Assembly (NCBI GenBank): GCA_020854105.1
Contig: JADZGB010000003.1
Coordinates: forward strand, 60,573 to 124,572
From: Burkholderiales bacterium
GTDB taxonomy: Bacteria > Pseudomonadota > Gammaproteobacteria > Burkholderiales > SHXO01
Direction of reading: 5' to 3'
DNA length: 64,000 bases
Shown here: positions 27,139 through 37,676 of the stretch, piece by piece
Layout: each line of letters starts with the position of its first letter
Position numbering within the stretch: position 1 is the stretch's first letter
Notes under the pieces: generated by a model
Databases searched by the model: none
Seen by the model: only the letters and a program-made list of their open reading frames with translations
Told to the model about the DNA's origin: nothing
Program-made: the position numbers and the translations under genes

Positions 27139-29337
27139 ATGACGGAATTCGGACCGGGCCTGTATCCGCCTCAGCCTCTGGTCGAACGCGACCGCGTGCG
27201 CATCCTGCTGGTCGACGACGAGGAGCGGATCCGCGACGCGGTGATGGAACTGATCGCCAGGCCCGGGCGCGAGATACTCACCTGCGGCAACGGCAACGAT
27301 GCACTGCGTGTGCTCGCCACGCAGCACGTGGACCTCGCCTTGCTCGACATCCGGTTGCCAGACATGACGGGCCTGGACATCATGGAACGCATGCGTGGCA
27401 GCGGCCTGTCGGTGCGCGTGATCGTGGTGAGCGCCGACGACCAGGTCGACTCGGCCATTTCCGCCTTGCGCTACGGCGCCTACGAGTACGTGCGCAAGCC
27501 GTTCGAGCCGGCCGCCCTGCGGCGCACCGTGGACAACGCGCTCGAGCAGCTGCGCCTGCAGCGCGAGAACGTCGGAATCCGCAGCCGCCTCGAGCAGTCC
27601 GAGCGCCTGCACCGCTATCTCATCGACCAGTCTCCGGACCTCATCTACACCCTCGACCAGGGCGGACGCTTCACCTTCGTCAACGAGCGCTTCAACCGGC
27701 TGCTCGGCTTCACGCGCGAGGAACTGATCGGCCACCACTACTCGGCCATCGTCCATCGCGACGACGTCAAGCGCGCCGAATTTGCCTTCAACGAGCGGCG
27801 CACCGGACAGCGCGCCTCGAGCAACGTCGAGATGCGCGTGCGCCGCCGCGGCGGTGACGGTACGCCGTGCACGATCGTGCTGAGCGCGGTCGGGCTGTAT
27901 GCGCCCGAGAGGCGCCAGACCGAAGAGGCCGACGACGCCGAGAAGCCTTCCGAACAGCGCACGGGGTTCATCGGAACCTACGGCGTGGGACGCGACATCT
28001 CCGACCGCAAGCGCGCCGAGGAACTGGTCAGCTACCACGCCTACTACGACGTCCTGACCGGCCTGCCCAACCGCACGCTGTTTCGCGACCGCTTGCGCCA
28101 GGCGATCGCGCAGGCGCGGCGCCATCGCACCCGCCTGGCGGTGATGTTCATCGACCTCGACCGCTTCAAGCTGATCAACGATACCTACGGCCACGTGCGC
28201 GGCGACCTGTTCCTGCAGCAGGTGGCCGGACGCCTGCGCCGCCAGCTGCGCAACAGCGATACGCTGTGTCGGCTCGGCGGCGACGAGTTCACCGTGCTCG
28301 TCCCCGACCTGCGCAGCCCGGACGATGCCGCGCAGAAGGCGCAGCAGTTCCTGGACGCGTTGCGCCGACCCTTCGTGGTCGAGAACGACGAGCTGAGCGC
28401 GACCGCGAGCATCGGGCTGTCGGTGTTTCCCGATCACGGCGCCAACGAGGATGAACTGATCCGCAACGCCGACCTCGCCATGTACCAGGTCAAGCGCCGC
28501 GGCAAGGACAACGTCGGCGTGTTCGAGAAGGAGATGAGCAGCCTCTACAGCGAGAAGATCAACCTCGAGGGAGAGCTGCGGCGCGCACTGCAGCGCCAGG
28601 AGCTGCAGGTCCACTACCAGCCGATCCACGAGGTGAGCAAGGGTGTGGTGGAGTGCGTCGAGGCGCTGGTGCGCTGGAACCACCCGAAGCTCGGCCAGCT
28701 CGATCCCGCACGCTTCGTCTACATCGCCGAGGAGACCGGACTGATATCGGCGTTGAGCGATCGCGTGCTCGACTGCGCCTGCGCCCAGCTCGGGCGCTGG
28801 CGCGAGGACGGCTTCGCCGGGGTGCACGTGGCGGTGAACGTCTCGCCGCGCGATTTCGAGCGGACCGACTTCACCGAGCGCGTGGCGCAGGCGCTGGCAC
28901 GCCACCGGGTTCCGGCCGACGGCCTGGAGCTGGAGATCACCGAGAACGTGCTGATCGAGGACGTGGACGCGGCCATCGACAAGATCCGCCAGCTGCGCAA
29001 GCAGGGCGTGCGCATTTCCATCGACGACTTCGGCACGCGCTACTCGTCACTGGGCTATCTGCAGCGCCTGCCGGTCAACACCATCAAGATCGACCAGGTA
29101 TTCACGCGCGAACTGGACGAGGGCGACACCCACAGCCCGATCGTGCACGCCATCATCGGCATCGCTCGTGGACTAGGATTGCACCTGGTGGCCGAGGGCG
29201 TCGAGCGTCCGGTGCATCGCGATGCGCTGCGCAGGCTGGGATGCCACAGCATGCAGGGCTTCCTGTTCAGTCCGGCCCTCGCACCGGAGGAGGCGACGGG
29301 GTATCTGCGCAGGATGCGCGCAGCTCCGCTCGCGTGA
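27139..29337 (+). CDS. response regulator with PAS, GGDEF and EAL domains
   Basis: REC ('ILLVDDEE...LLDIRLPDMTG'), PAS ('LIYTLDQGGRFTFVNERF'), 'RLGGDEFTVL', and 'EALVRW...DDFGTRYSSLGYL'. Starts 26 bp after the kinase stop. Confidence 0.85.
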   Translation: MTEFGPGLYPPQPLVERDRVRILLVDDEERIRDAVMELIARPGREILTCGNGNDALRVLATQHVDLALLDIRLPDMTGLDIMERMRGSGLSVRVIVVSADDQVDSAISALRYGAYEYVRKPFEPAALRRTVDNALEQLRLQRENVGIRSRLEQSERLHRYLIDQSPDLIYTLDQGGRFTFVNERFNRLLGFTREELIGHHYSAIVHRDDVKRAEFAFNERRTGQRASSNVEMRVRRRGGDGTPCTIVLSAVGLYAPERRQTEEADDAEKPSEQRTGFIGTYGVGRDISDRKRAEELVSYHAYYDVLTGLPNRTLFRDRLRQAIAQARRHRTRLAVMFIDLDRFKLINDTYGHVRGDLFLQQVAGRLRRQLRNSDTLCRLGGDEFTVLVPDLRSPDDAAQKAQQFLDALRRPFVVENDELSATASIGLSVFPDHGANEDELIRNADLAMYQVKRRGKDNVGVFEKEMSSLYSEKINLEGELRRALQRQELQVHYQPIHEVSKGVVECVEALVRWNHPKLGQLDPARFVYIAEETGLISALSDRVLDCACAQLGRWREDGFAGVHVAVNVSPRDFERTDFTERVAQALARHRVPADGLELEITENVLIEDVDAAIDKIRQLRKQGVRISIDDFGTRYSSLGYLQRLPVNTIKIDQVFTRELDEGDTHSPIVHAIIGIARGLGLHLVAEGVERPVHRDALRRLGCHSMQGFLFSPALAPEEATGYLRRMRAAPLA

Positions 29338-29343
29338 GCGCGG

Positions 29344-30438
29344 TCACACGTTGAACCGGAAGTGCATGACGTCGCCGTCGCGCACCAGGTACTCCTTCCC
29401 CTCCAGCCGCATCTTCCCCGCCTCCTTTGCACCCTGTTCGCCCTCGAGGGTGACGAAATCGGGGAAGGCGATCACCTCGGCACGGATGAAACCCTTCTCG
29501 AAGTCCGTGTGGATCACGGCGGCTGCCTTCGGCGCCGTGTCGCCCTTGTGGATGGTCCAGGCGCGCACTTCCTTCGCGCCGGCGGTGAAGTAGGTCTGCA
29601 GACCGAGCAGATCGTACGCGACGCGAATGAGGCGGTCCAGCCCCGGCTCCTGCAGACCCAGATCGGCCAGGAACACCTGCCTGTCATCATCGGAGAGCTC
29701 CGCGATCTGCGATTCGATGGCAGCGGAGATGGCAACGACCGGTGCACCCTCGCGTGCCGCGTACTCGCGTACGCGCTCGAGCAGCGGATTGTTCTCGAGT
29801 CCGCCCTCGTCCACGTTGGCCACGTACATGGTGGGCTTCATGGTGAGCAGGAACAGCGGCCGCAGGACTTCCTTCTCCTCCTCGTACAGGTCGACCGATC
29901 GGGCCGGACGCGCCTGATCTAGTGCCACCTGCACCTTCTCCAGCGCCGCCACCAGACGCTGCGCCTCCTTGTCGCCGCCGGCTTTCGCGACCTTGCTGTA
30001 GCGGGCGATCTGCTTCTCGACCGTGGCGAGATCGGCCAGCGCCAGTTCGGTGTTGATGGTCTCGATGTCGGAAACGGGATCGACCTTTCCGGCCACGTGC
30101 ACCACGTTCGAATCGTCGAAGCAGCGCACGACGTGCGCGATCGCGTCGGTCTCGCGGATGTTGGCCAGGAACTGATTGCCCAGCCCCTCGCCCTTGGAGG
30201 CACCGGCCACCAGCCCGGCAATGTCGACGAACTCGACGATCGCCGGCACCACCTTCTGCGGCCTGACGATCCTGGCAAGCTGCGCCAGGCGCGGGTCCGG
30301 CACTTCCACCACACCGACGTTGGGCTCGATGGTGCAGAAGGGATAATTCTCGGCGGCGATGCCGGCCTTGGTCAGTGCATTGAACAGCGTCGACTTGCCG
30401 ACGTTGGGCAGGCCGACGATGCCGCATTTGAGGCTCAT
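29344..30438 (-). CDS. ychF: redox-regulated ATPase YchF
   Basis: [23 protein letters not shown]... with a C-terminal TGS-like '[11 protein letters not shown]'. Confidence 0.95.
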   Translation of the reverse strand: MSLKCGIVGLPNVGKSTLFNALTKAGIAAENYPFCTIEPNVGVVEVPDPRLAQLARIVRPQKVVPAIVEFVDIAGLVAGASKGEGLGNQFLANIRETDAIAHVVRCFDDSNVVHVAGKVDPVSDIETINTELALADLATVEKQIARYSKVAKAGGDKEAQRLVAALEKVQVALDQARPARSVDLYEEEKEVLRPLFLLTMKPTMYVANVDEGGLENNPLLERVREYAAREGAPVVAISAAIESQIAELSDDDRQVFLADLGLQEPGLDRLIRVAYDLLGLQTYFTAGAKEVRAWTIHKGDTAPKAAAVIHTDFEKGFIRAEVIAFPDFVTLEGEQGAKEAGKMRLEGKEYLVRDGDVMHFRFNV

Positions 30439-30474
30439 GTGTGTTCCGTTGGATGACTGCGTGATAGCCCGCGA

Positions 30475-31041
30475 TCAGGGGCCGGTGTGCAGGCGGTGCA
30501 TGGCTCTTTCCGTTTCGCCGGCCGCCAGCTCCGGCCACACCGCCAGTGATCGCTCGATCGCCTCCGAGATCAGCGCCGCCTCCTCCTTGCGTGGCGGGCG
30601 CAGGACGAAGCTGGCTACGTCCGCACGGTCCCCGGGGTGGCCGATGCCGATGCGCAGACGCCAGAAATCGGGCCCGAGGTGGCGCGCGATGTCCTTCAGC
30701 CCATTGTGTCCGGCGGTGCCGCCGCCCTTCTTCAGTCTCGCACTGCCCGGCGGAAGATCCAGTTCGTCGTGCACCACCATGATCTCCTCCACCGCGATCC
30801 TGTAGAAGTTCGCCACTGCCGCCACCGAGCGGCCGCTCACGTTCATGAAGGTCTGCGGCTCGAGCAGCCAGCACTCGCCGCCAGTGGCTTTGAGCCGGCC
30901 CAGCTTGCCGTGGAAGCGTGCCTCGTTGCGCAGCGTGACACCATGCGCCTCGGCCAGATTCTCGACCCACCAGAAGCCGGCGTTGTGTCGCGTGGTTTCG
31001 TACTCGGCGCCGGGGTTGCCCAGGCCAACGACGAGCCGCAT
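30475..31041 (-). CDS. pth: peptidyl-tRNA hydrolase
   Basis: [24 protein letters not shown]... and 'GHNGLKDI'. Confidence 0.9.
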   Translation of the reverse strand: MRLVVGLGNPGAEYETTRHNAGFWWVENLAEAHGVTLRNEARFHGKLGRLKATGGECWLLEPQTFMNVSGRSVAAVANFYRIAVEEIMVVHDELDLPPGSARLKKGGGTAGHNGLKDIARHLGPDFWRLRIGIGHPGDRADVASFVLRPPRKEEAALISEAIERSLAVWPELAAGETERAMHRLHTGP

Positions 31042-31072
31042 GGAGCGCGCTCCAGGTTCAGGATGAAACGAC

Positions 31073-31109
31073 GAGGCCCGCCGGCCGATGCATCGAACGG
31101 GCGGGCCTC
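31073..31109 (-). terminator. terminator-like hairpin downstream of rplY
   Basis: 10-bp stem GAGGCCCGCC / GGCGGGCCTC with a 17-nt loop, followed on the minus strand by GTCGTTTCAT. The T-tract is weak. Confidence 0.3.
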
Positions 31110-31143
31110 GCACGATCGGGAAGGCATGACCTTCCCGGGGCGA

Positions 31144-31794
31144 TTACTTCTTGTCGCCGCCGGCGGGTTTCTTCTCCGCAACGGGTGCGGCGGCCGCCGC
31201 GGGTTCTTCCTCGGTCGCGGCCTCGACCCTCGGCTGCTGGATCGTCACCACCACCAGGTCGTCCCCGGCGCGCAACGCGATCGACTCGACGCCCTGCGGC
31301 AGCTTCAGATCGGACAGGTGCAGGGACTGCCCCGCCTGCATCTCGCCGATGTCGACCTCGATGTACTCGGGCAGGTCCGCGGGCAGACACCCGATCTCGA
31401 TCTCCGGCATGACGTGGCTGACGGTGCCGCCGCCGGTCTTCACGCCCGGTGCGGTTTCCTGGTTCATGAAGTGCAACGGAACCTTCATGTGGATCCTGCG
31501 ATCGGCGGCAACACGCTGGAAGTCCACGTGCAGCACGTCCAGCCGCCAGGGGTGCATCTGGTAGTCACGCAGCAGGACCTGCTGCTTCTGCCCGTCGATG
31601 TTCAGCGAGAGGATGGAGGCGTGGAACGCCTCCATCTTCAGATGCTGCTTGAGCGCCTTGTGATCGAGCTCGATCGACTGCACCTGCTGACCGCCCCCGT
31701 ACACCACCCCGGGGACCTTCTGCGCGTGACGCAGGCGGCGGCTCGCACCCTTCCCTAGCGTCGAACGCGCCAACGCGTTTACTTCGATTGCCAT
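31144..31794 (-). CDS. rplY: 50S ribosomal protein L25/general stress protein Ctc
   Basis: '[17 protein letters not shown]' N-terminus and an acidic/Ala-rich C-terminal tail. Located between prs and pth. Confidence 0.9.
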   Translation of the reverse strand: MAIEVNALARSTLGKGASRRLRHAQKVPGVVYGGGQQVQSIELDHKALKQHLKMEAFHASILSLNIDGQKQQVLLRDYQMHPWRLDVLHVDFQRVAADRRIHMKVPLHFMNQETAPGVKTGGGTVSHVMPEIEIGCLPADLPEYIEVDIGEMQAGQSLHLSDLKLPQGVESIALRAGDDLVVVTIQQPRVEAATEEEPAAAAAPVAEKKPAGGDKK

Positions 31795-31870
31795 GTTGTT
31801 TCTCCATTGAGTCCGCAGTCCGCGACCAGACGGCGGGTTACATACCGGGACCGCAGACCGGTCCCACGTC

Positions 31871-32821
31871 CTACTCCATGAACAGGGAGCTCACCGACTC
31901 CTCGTTGCTGATGCGCAGCATCGTCTCCGCCAGCAGTTCGGCGACCGAGAGCTGACGGATGCGCTTGCACTCCTTCGCGGCCGTGGACAGCGGAATGGTG
32001 TCGGTCACCACCAGTTCGTCCAGCGCGGAATTGGCGATCCGGTTGATTGCCTGACCGGACAGCACCGGATGCGTGCAGTAGGCCAGCACGCGCTCGGCGC
32101 CCTTCTCCTTGAGCGCGGCGGCCGCCTCGCACAGCGTGTTGGCGGTGTCCACCATGTCGTCCATGATGATGCAGTTGCGCCCCTTCACCTCGCCGATGAT
32201 GTTCATCACCGTGGCGACATTCGGTCGCGGGCGGCGCTTGTCGATGATCGCGAGGTCCGAGTCGAGCCGCTTGGCCAGGGCCCGCGCACGCACCACGCCG
32301 CCGACGTCGGGCGAGACCACCACCAGGTTGTGATAGCTCTGCTTCCATACGTCGCCGAGCAGGATCGGCGTGGCGTAGATATTGTCGACAGGAATGTCGA
32401 AGAAGCCCTGGATCTGATCCGAGTGCAGATCCATCACCAGCAGGCGGTCCACGCCCACTGCCTGCAGCATGTTGGCCACCACCTTCGCGCTGATCGCGAC
32501 CCGCGCCGAGCGTGGACGACGATCCTGGCGGGCGTAACCGAAGTAGGGAATCGCCGCAGTGATGCGCTCGGCCGAGGAACGCCGCAGCGCATCGACCATC
32601 AGCATCACTTCCATCAGGTTGTCGTTGGTCGGCGTGCAGGTGGACTGCAGGACGAAACAGTCCTTGCCGCGCACGTTCTCCAGGAGTTCGACCATCGCCT
32701 CGCCGTCGCTGAAACGGCTGACGGTGGCCCGGCCCAGGTGGATGTTGAGGTGTCTGACGACGTCCTGGGCAAGCCTGGGGTTGGCGTTGCCCGTGAAGAC
32801 CATCAAGCTGTCGTAGGCCAT
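31871..32821 (-). CDS. prs: ribose-phosphate pyrophosphokinase
   Basis: [21 protein letters not shown]... with '[13 protein letters not shown]' and '[13 protein letters not shown]'. Confidence 0.95.
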   Translation of the reverse strand: MAYDSLMVFTGNANPRLAQDVVRHLNIHLGRATVSRFSDGEAMVELLENVRGKDCFVLQSTCTPTNDNLMEVMLMVDALRRSSAERITAAIPYFGYARQDRRPRSARVAISAKVVANMLQAVGVDRLLVMDLHSDQIQGFFDIPVDNIYATPILLGDVWKQSYHNLVVVSPDVGGVVRARALAKRLDSDLAIIDKRRPRPNVATVMNIIGEVKGRNCIIMDDMVDTANTLCEAAAALKEKGAERVLAYCTHPVLSGQAINRIANSALDELVVTDTIPLSTAAKECKRIRQLSVAELLAETMLRISNEESVSSLFME

Positions 32822-32870
32822 GTTCCTGTCGACGCGCCCCGTGCTGTGTCCGGTCGCGCCCGGCTCTCCA

Positions 32871-32901
32871 TCAAAACGAAACAGCCGCAATCGAGCGGCT
32901 G
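32871..32901 (-). terminator. rho-independent terminator after tRNA-Gln
   Basis: Minus strand reads ACAGCCGC-TCGATT-GCGGCTGT, followed by TTCGTTTTG. Confidence 0.5.
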
Positions 32902-32976
32902 TCCTGATCCAGCGTGCGGCCCGGCGCGCCCCGGTGGCACCCGGTGCAACCCGCCCTGGCGCCCCGGCGATCGGGG

Positions 32977-33050
32977 CTGGGGAGGAAGGATTCGAACCTT
33001 CGCATGCCGGAATCAAAATCCGGTGCCTTAACCAGCTTGGCGACTCCCCA
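32977..33050 (-). tRNA. tRNA-Gln (anticodon UUG)
   Basis: Reverse complement TGGGGAGTCGCCAAGCTGGTTAAGGCACCGGATTTTGATTCCGGCATGCGAAGGTTCGAATCCTTCCTCCCCAG. Anticodon loop is UUUUGAU. CCA is not encoded. Confidence 0.9.
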
Positions 33051-33145
33051 ACTCGGTCCCGCGCGGCACCCGCCGCGCGCTACCGCGACAACACTGTCAT
33101 TCATTCCACCGTGCCTTCCGCCGCGCGGCGGCACGCGATACCCGC

Positions 33146-33988
33146 TCAGTCCGTCGACCAGTCGACCAGCGGATGCCGGTCGATACCTCGGGCGACGAAG
33201 CCGTGCATGTCCGGAGGCAGGGCACGATGGATACGCTGTGCCTGCGCTTGCGAAGAGAAGGCGGCGAACACGCAGCCCCCCGACCCGGTCACGCCCGCCG
33301 GTCCGTGCTGGCGAAGCCAGGCAAGGTGACGCGCGACCTCGGGGTGCCGCCGGCACACGACCGGCTCCAGATCGTTCCGACCCGGCCCCGCGGAAAAGCG
33401 TCGTATTTTGATGGGATCGGAATTTCGTGTCAATTCAGCGTCTGCGAACACGCTGGCGGTGGACACCGGCGCGGCCGGCACCAGAACGAGATACCAGGCG
33501 GCCGGCAGCTCGACCGGCTGCAGGTGCTCGCCGATGCCGGAGCCGAAGGCGCTGCGTCCGAACACGAACACCGGCACGTCCGCCCCGAGCCGCAACGCCA
33601 GCGCCTGCAGCCGCTGGCGCGGCCACCCCAGCTGCCACAACCGGTTCAGGGCAACGAGCACGGTGGCCGCATCCGAACTTCCGCCCCCCAGCCCGCCCCC
33701 CATGGGTATGCGCTTGTCCAGACCGATCTCCACCCCGCGAGCGACTCCGGCCTCGGCCTGCAGCAGGCGCGCCGCACGCATGCACAGGTCCTGCTCCGGG
33801 GCTACGCCGGGCAGCGGATCGGTACGCACGACGACAGCATCTTCGCGCAGGCGCAGGCGCAGGGTGTCGGCGCAATCGATGAATCGGAAGAGCGTCTCGA
33901 GCAGGTGATAGCCGTCGGCGCGCCGACCGGTCACGTGCAGGAACAGGTTGAGCTTGGCCGGCGCGGGCGCGACCACGACGTCGGCCAC
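33146..33988 (-). CDS. ispE: 4-diphosphocytidyl-2-C-methyl-D-erythritol kinase
   Basis: 'APAKLNLFLHVTGRRADGYH' and 'IPMGGGLGGGSSDAA'. I chose GTG 33988, 10 nt after the lolB stop. The ORF extends to ATG 34042, which would overlap lolB by 44 nt. Confidence 0.85.
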   Translation of the reverse strand: MADVVVAPAPAKLNLFLHVTGRRADGYHLLETLFRFIDCADTLRLRLREDAVVVRTDPLPGVAPEQDLCMRAARLLQAEAGVARGVEIGLDKRIPMGGGLGGGSSDAATVLVALNRLWQLGWPRQRLQALALRLGADVPVFVFGRSAFGSGIGEHLQPVELPAAWYLVLVPAAPVSTASVFADAELTRNSDPIKIRRFSAGPGRNDLEPVVCRRHPEVARHLAWLRQHGPAGVTGSGGCVFAAFSSQAQAQRIHRALPPDMHGFVARGIDRHPLVDWSTD

Positions 33989-33998
33989 GGCGTGAACC

Positions 33999-34637
33999 TC
34001 AGCGCTGCTCGGCAATCGCGTCCTGTCCGCCCGCTCCGGCATCCAGGTTCCAGCGCTCGATCACCAGGCGCATGCGCAACCGGTCACCGGCGACGTCCAG
34101 TTTCCACGGCAGGCCGCGCACGCCCGCGCCGTCCCAGGCGAGATAGGACACGGTCCAGCCTGCCTGGTGCAGCGTTCGCGGACGGCCTTCCTCGTCGCGC
34201 TCGACCTGCGCCTGCGCCCCCGGCCATTCCAGCCCGCGCACCCAGTAGGGCAGCGCATCGATCGGCAGATCCCAGTCGAGCACCTCGGCAGCGAGCGCGC
34301 GCAGATCCTCCGCTTCGTGCTGTTCGCCATCCGAGGTGATCAGCCAGGCCCCTTCCGGTCCCTGGCGCATGCGTGCCACGGAGGTACCGATCGGTGAGGA
34401 GAATGCCAGTTCGTCCAGCGCCGGATCATGCCGCCACAGGACGCGTCCCGGAAAGGCGCCATCGGCCACGCGCAGATTGATGCGCCCGCTCAGCTCGAAC
34501 TGGTCCGCCTCGGCCGGGGTGACGCTGCGCTGTGCGGGACGGGGACCGAGCACCGAGCAGGCGCCCAGCAGCAGGATCACGACGGCGAGAGTGAGACGCT
34601 CCAGGCGCGGCGGGAACGTTATGGGGCGCGCGGACAC
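33999..34637 (-). CDS. lolB: outer membrane lipoprotein LolB
   Basis: Lipobox 'VILLLGAC', about 200 aa, in the conserved position upstream of ispE. Confidence 0.8.
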   Translation of the reverse strand: MSARPITFPPRLERLTLAVVILLLGACSVLGPRPAQRSVTPAEADQFELSGRINLRVADGAFPGRVLWRHDPALDELAFSSPIGTSVARMRQGPEGAWLITSDGEQHEAEDLRALAAEVLDWDLPIDALPYWVRGLEWPGAQAQVERDEEGRPRTLHQAGWTVSYLAWDGAGVRGLPWKLDVAGDRLRMRLVIERWNLDAGAGGQDAIAEQR

Positions 34638-34649
34638 TGGCGGAGGCGG

Positions 34650-36458
34650 TCAGCGCAGGAATCGCTTCACCGTCTCCTGCAGCAGTTCGTTTTCGCCGTG
34701 CTCGAGCAGCGCGGAGCGCCACAACTGCTCGGCCTCCGCCTTCTTGCCCTTGGCCCACATCACTTCGCCCAGGTGTGCCGCGATCTCCGGATCCGGGCGG
34801 CGGGCGTAGGCGCGCTGCAGGAAATCGAGCGCCTCCTTGAAGTTGCCCATTCGGTAATGCACCCAGCCCATGCTGTCGAGAATGAAGGCGTCCTCCGGCG
34901 AGAGCGCGAGTGCACGCTCCACGTACCCCTTGGCTTCGTTGTAGCGGCTGGTGCGATCCGCCAGCGTGTAGCCCAGCGCATTGTAGGCCTGCGCGTGGTC
35001 AGGCTTGAGCTTGATCAGCTTGAGCAGATTGCTCTCCAGCACGTCGATCCTGCTCAGCTTCTCCGCGGCCAGGGCGACGTCGTAGAGCAGGTCGGCGTTT
35101 TCCGGCTGCTTCGTCAGCGCACCGGCGAGCAGGTCGTAGGACTCCTGGTAGGACCTCGCCTCGCGCAGCAGCTGCGCCTCCGCCTGGATCAGCACCGTGC
35201 GCTGCTCCTCGTTCGTCACCTCGACGTTCTGCAGGAAGGTGCGTGCCTCGGCGAGCTTGTTCTGCCGGCCGAGGAGGAAGGCATAGCGGGCCTGCGCCGA
35301 CACGTACTGATCGCCGCCCTTGACCTGTGCGTACCAGTTCATGGCCTCGTCCGGATGCTTGCGCTCCTCGTAGGCCTGGCCGATGTAGAAGCGCAGCGTG
35401 TCCGGATCGCGGTAGTTCAGTTCCAGCGCACGCTTCAACGACTTGTCCGCCAGATCGAAGTCGTCCATCTGCAGCGACAGCAGCCCGATGGTGACCAGGA
35501 TCTCCGCGTTCGCAGGCTGCGCCTCGTGCAGGATCTGGTACTGCGCGCGCGCCTCGGACAGCTGCTTGGCATTGATCAGCATGCGCGCGTAGTGCGCGCG
35601 TGCGTCGCGTGCCTGCGGATGCGCCTGCACGAAGCCCGCCAGGTACTCGCCGGCTTTGGCCGCGGATTCGCGCTGCTGGATGAAATGCGACAGCTGCAGC
35701 GCGCCCAGTTCCCAGTCGGGACGCAGTTTCATCGCCTCGCGCATCTCGCTCATCGCCAGTTCGTACTGCTCCGCGGCGAAGGCCGACTGGGCGAGAACCA
35801 GGTGTGCCTCGGGAAGCGCCTTGTGGTTCTTGATCAGCTCCTTCACCACCGCGAGCACCGCAGCCCGGTCCGGATGCTTGTTGAGCAGGGAATGCAGCTG
35901 CAGGAAGCCCTGGGCAGGATCCCCGCCGGCGCCGATCAGGGCCTCGAGGTGGGGCTTGGCCTCGCCGAGCTTGTTGCCTGACAGGAGCAGGCCCACCAGG
36001 TTCTGCCTCGCCTGCGCATTGTCCGGCTCGAGTTCGAACCACAGGCGCGCCGCGTCGAGGGCGGTGCCCTGCAGGCGCGCGTAGGTGGCGATCTCGGTGG
36101 CGCGCCGTGCAAGGCGCGGATCGCGCGTCGACTTCGCCATCTCCAGATAGCCCTGCGCGGCCAGCTGCAGGTTGCCGCGCTGGCCGGCGATCTCGGAGAG
36201 CAGGAACTTGAAGAGCAGTTCCTGGTCCAGTGCGGTGCCCGGGATGTCGCTCGCCGGCGGCGGGGAATTCTGGAACACGCGCCGCGCGCGATCCTCCAGG
36301 GATTCGTCCGCGTTCTGCGCCAGAAATGTGGACACCGGCACGTCGTCGGCGGACGCGGTCATCGGCGGGAAGCCGATCGCATGCAGGGCAGGCTTCTGCG
36401 CGCACGCTGCCAGCGCCAGCGCGGAGAGGGCGATCACCAATCTCAGGTCACGGGCCAT
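34650..36458 (-). CDS. TPR-repeat lipoprotein
   Basis: Lipobox 'LSALALAAC' followed by many TPR units. In the conserved position upstream of lolB-ispE. Confidence 0.75.
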   Translation of the reverse strand: MARDLRLVIALSALALAACAQKPALHAIGFPPMTASADDVPVSTFLAQNADESLEDRARRVFQNSPPPASDIPGTALDQELLFKFLLSEIAGQRGNLQLAAQGYLEMAKSTRDPRLARRATEIATYARLQGTALDAARLWFELEPDNAQARQNLVGLLLSGNKLGEAKPHLEALIGAGGDPAQGFLQLHSLLNKHPDRAAVLAVVKELIKNHKALPEAHLVLAQSAFAAEQYELAMSEMREAMKLRPDWELGALQLSHFIQQRESAAKAGEYLAGFVQAHPQARDARAHYARMLINAKQLSEARAQYQILHEAQPANAEILVTIGLLSLQMDDFDLADKSLKRALELNYRDPDTLRFYIGQAYEERKHPDEAMNWYAQVKGGDQYVSAQARYAFLLGRQNKLAEARTFLQNVEVTNEEQRTVLIQAEAQLLREARSYQESYDLLAGALTKQPENADLLYDVALAAEKLSRIDVLESNLLKLIKLKPDHAQAYNALGYTLADRTSRYNEAKGYVERALALSPEDAFILDSMGWVHYRMGNFKEALDFLQRAYARRPDPEIAAHLGEVMWAKGKKAEAEQLWRSALLEHGENELLQETVKRFLR

Positions 36459-36695
36459 GACAACGCTTCCTCACTCAGCTCCACGCAGGCGGCGGCGGAC
36501 CGGGCGGCCCTGCGCGGTGGACGGACCTGTATCGGGCCATGCTGCCCGCAGGCGCTTCAACATCGAGGCCAGTTTAGGTATATTTGCCGCGGGCCTCAAG
36601 CCAGGGCTCGCGATTCGCGGCCCTGTGCTTCACATCCGGCGCGATCCCGGGCTTCCCCAGCGAGAAGCAAGTTCTCTGCCGCGCGTTTCCAGACC

Positions 36696-37676
36696 ATGAA
36701 CTCATCCAACGGTACCGCCGAGGTTTCCGCCGAGATCACGTTGTCGGCGCATGAGCTGTCGCGCAGCTACGGCGGCGCCCGCGCCGTGGACGGCATCGCG
36801 CTCGAACTGCGCCGCGGCGAGGTGCTCGGCCTGCTCGGTCCAAACGGCGCGGGGAAGACCACCACGATGCAGATGCTAACCGGCAATCTGGCTCCGAGCA
36901 CCGGCAGCATCAGCATCTGCGGGATCGATCTGCTGGAGCGGCCGGCGGCAGCCAAGGCGCGGCTCGGCTACCTGCCCGAAATTCCGCCGCTGTACAAAGA
37001 GTTGCGTGTGGACGAGTACCTGCGGCTGGCAGCGCGCCTGCACCGCGTGGCGCGCGGGCGCGTGGCAGATGCGCTGCAGCAGGCGAAGTCGCACTGCGGA
37101 CTGATGGAGATGGGGCAGCGCCTGATCGGCGCGCTGTCGAAGGGCTACCAGCAGCGGGTGGGCATCGCCCAGGCGATCATCCACGCACCCGACGTCGTGA
37201 TCCTCGACGAGCCTACCGTGGGCCTGGATCCGAACCAGATCCGCGACATCCGCACACTGATCCGCGACCTGTCCGACCGCCACAGCGTCATCCTCTCGAC
37301 CCACATCCTGCCGGAGGTCGAGGCCGTGTGCGACCGTGTGCAGATTCTTCATCGCGGACGCATCGTGTTCAACGACCGCATCGAGGCGCTGCGGCAGTTC
37401 CGCGGCGCACCCGTGCTGCTGGTCGGGTTCCGACGTGCCCCAGCGCCGGAGGAAGTGGCCGCCCTGCCAGGCGTGGGCGGCGTGCGGCGCGGTCCCGAAG
37501 GCATGCTGCGGGTGGAGCGCTCCGGCGAGGCCGATCCGACCGACGTGCTGGTGGAGGCGGCGGTCGCACGCGGCTGGGGCCTGACCCATCTGGCGCCCGA
37601 GCACGCCTCGCTGGAGGACGTGTTCGTGCAGCTCACGCGGCAGGACGCCCCCGAAGCAATGCAGGCCGCGGCATGA
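36696..37676 (+). CDS. ABC transporter ATP-binding protein (ABC-2/GldA-like)
   Basis: 'GLLGPNGAGKTTTM', 'LSKGYQQRVGIA' and 'VILDEPTVGLD'. ATG at 36696. Confidence 0.85.
   Translation: MNSSNGTAEVSAEITLSAHELSRSYGGARAVDGIALELRRGEVLGLLGPNGAGKTTTMQMLTGNLAPSTGSISICGIDLLERPAAAKARLGYLPEIPPLYKELRVDEYLRLAARLHRVARGRVADALQQAKSHCGLMEMGQRLIGALSKGYQQRVGIAQAIIHAPDVVILDEPTVGLDPNQIRDIRTLIRDLSDRHSVILSTHILPEVEAVCDRVQILHRGRIVFNDRIEALRQFRGAPVLLVGFRRAPAPEEVAALPGVGGVRRGPEGMLRVERSGEADPTDVLVEAAVARGWGLTHLAPEHASLEDVFVQLTRQDAPEAMQAAA

Noticed and set aside
24707-27142. Two further ORFs of more than 730 aa (24707..27142 + and 24921..27119 -) overlapping the histidine kinase gene
   Set aside because: Both translate to Arg/Ala/Gly/Pro-rich low-complexity sequence. 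Only frame 24948..27113 shows the H, N and G boxes. Open alternative frames are expected with strong GC3 bias.
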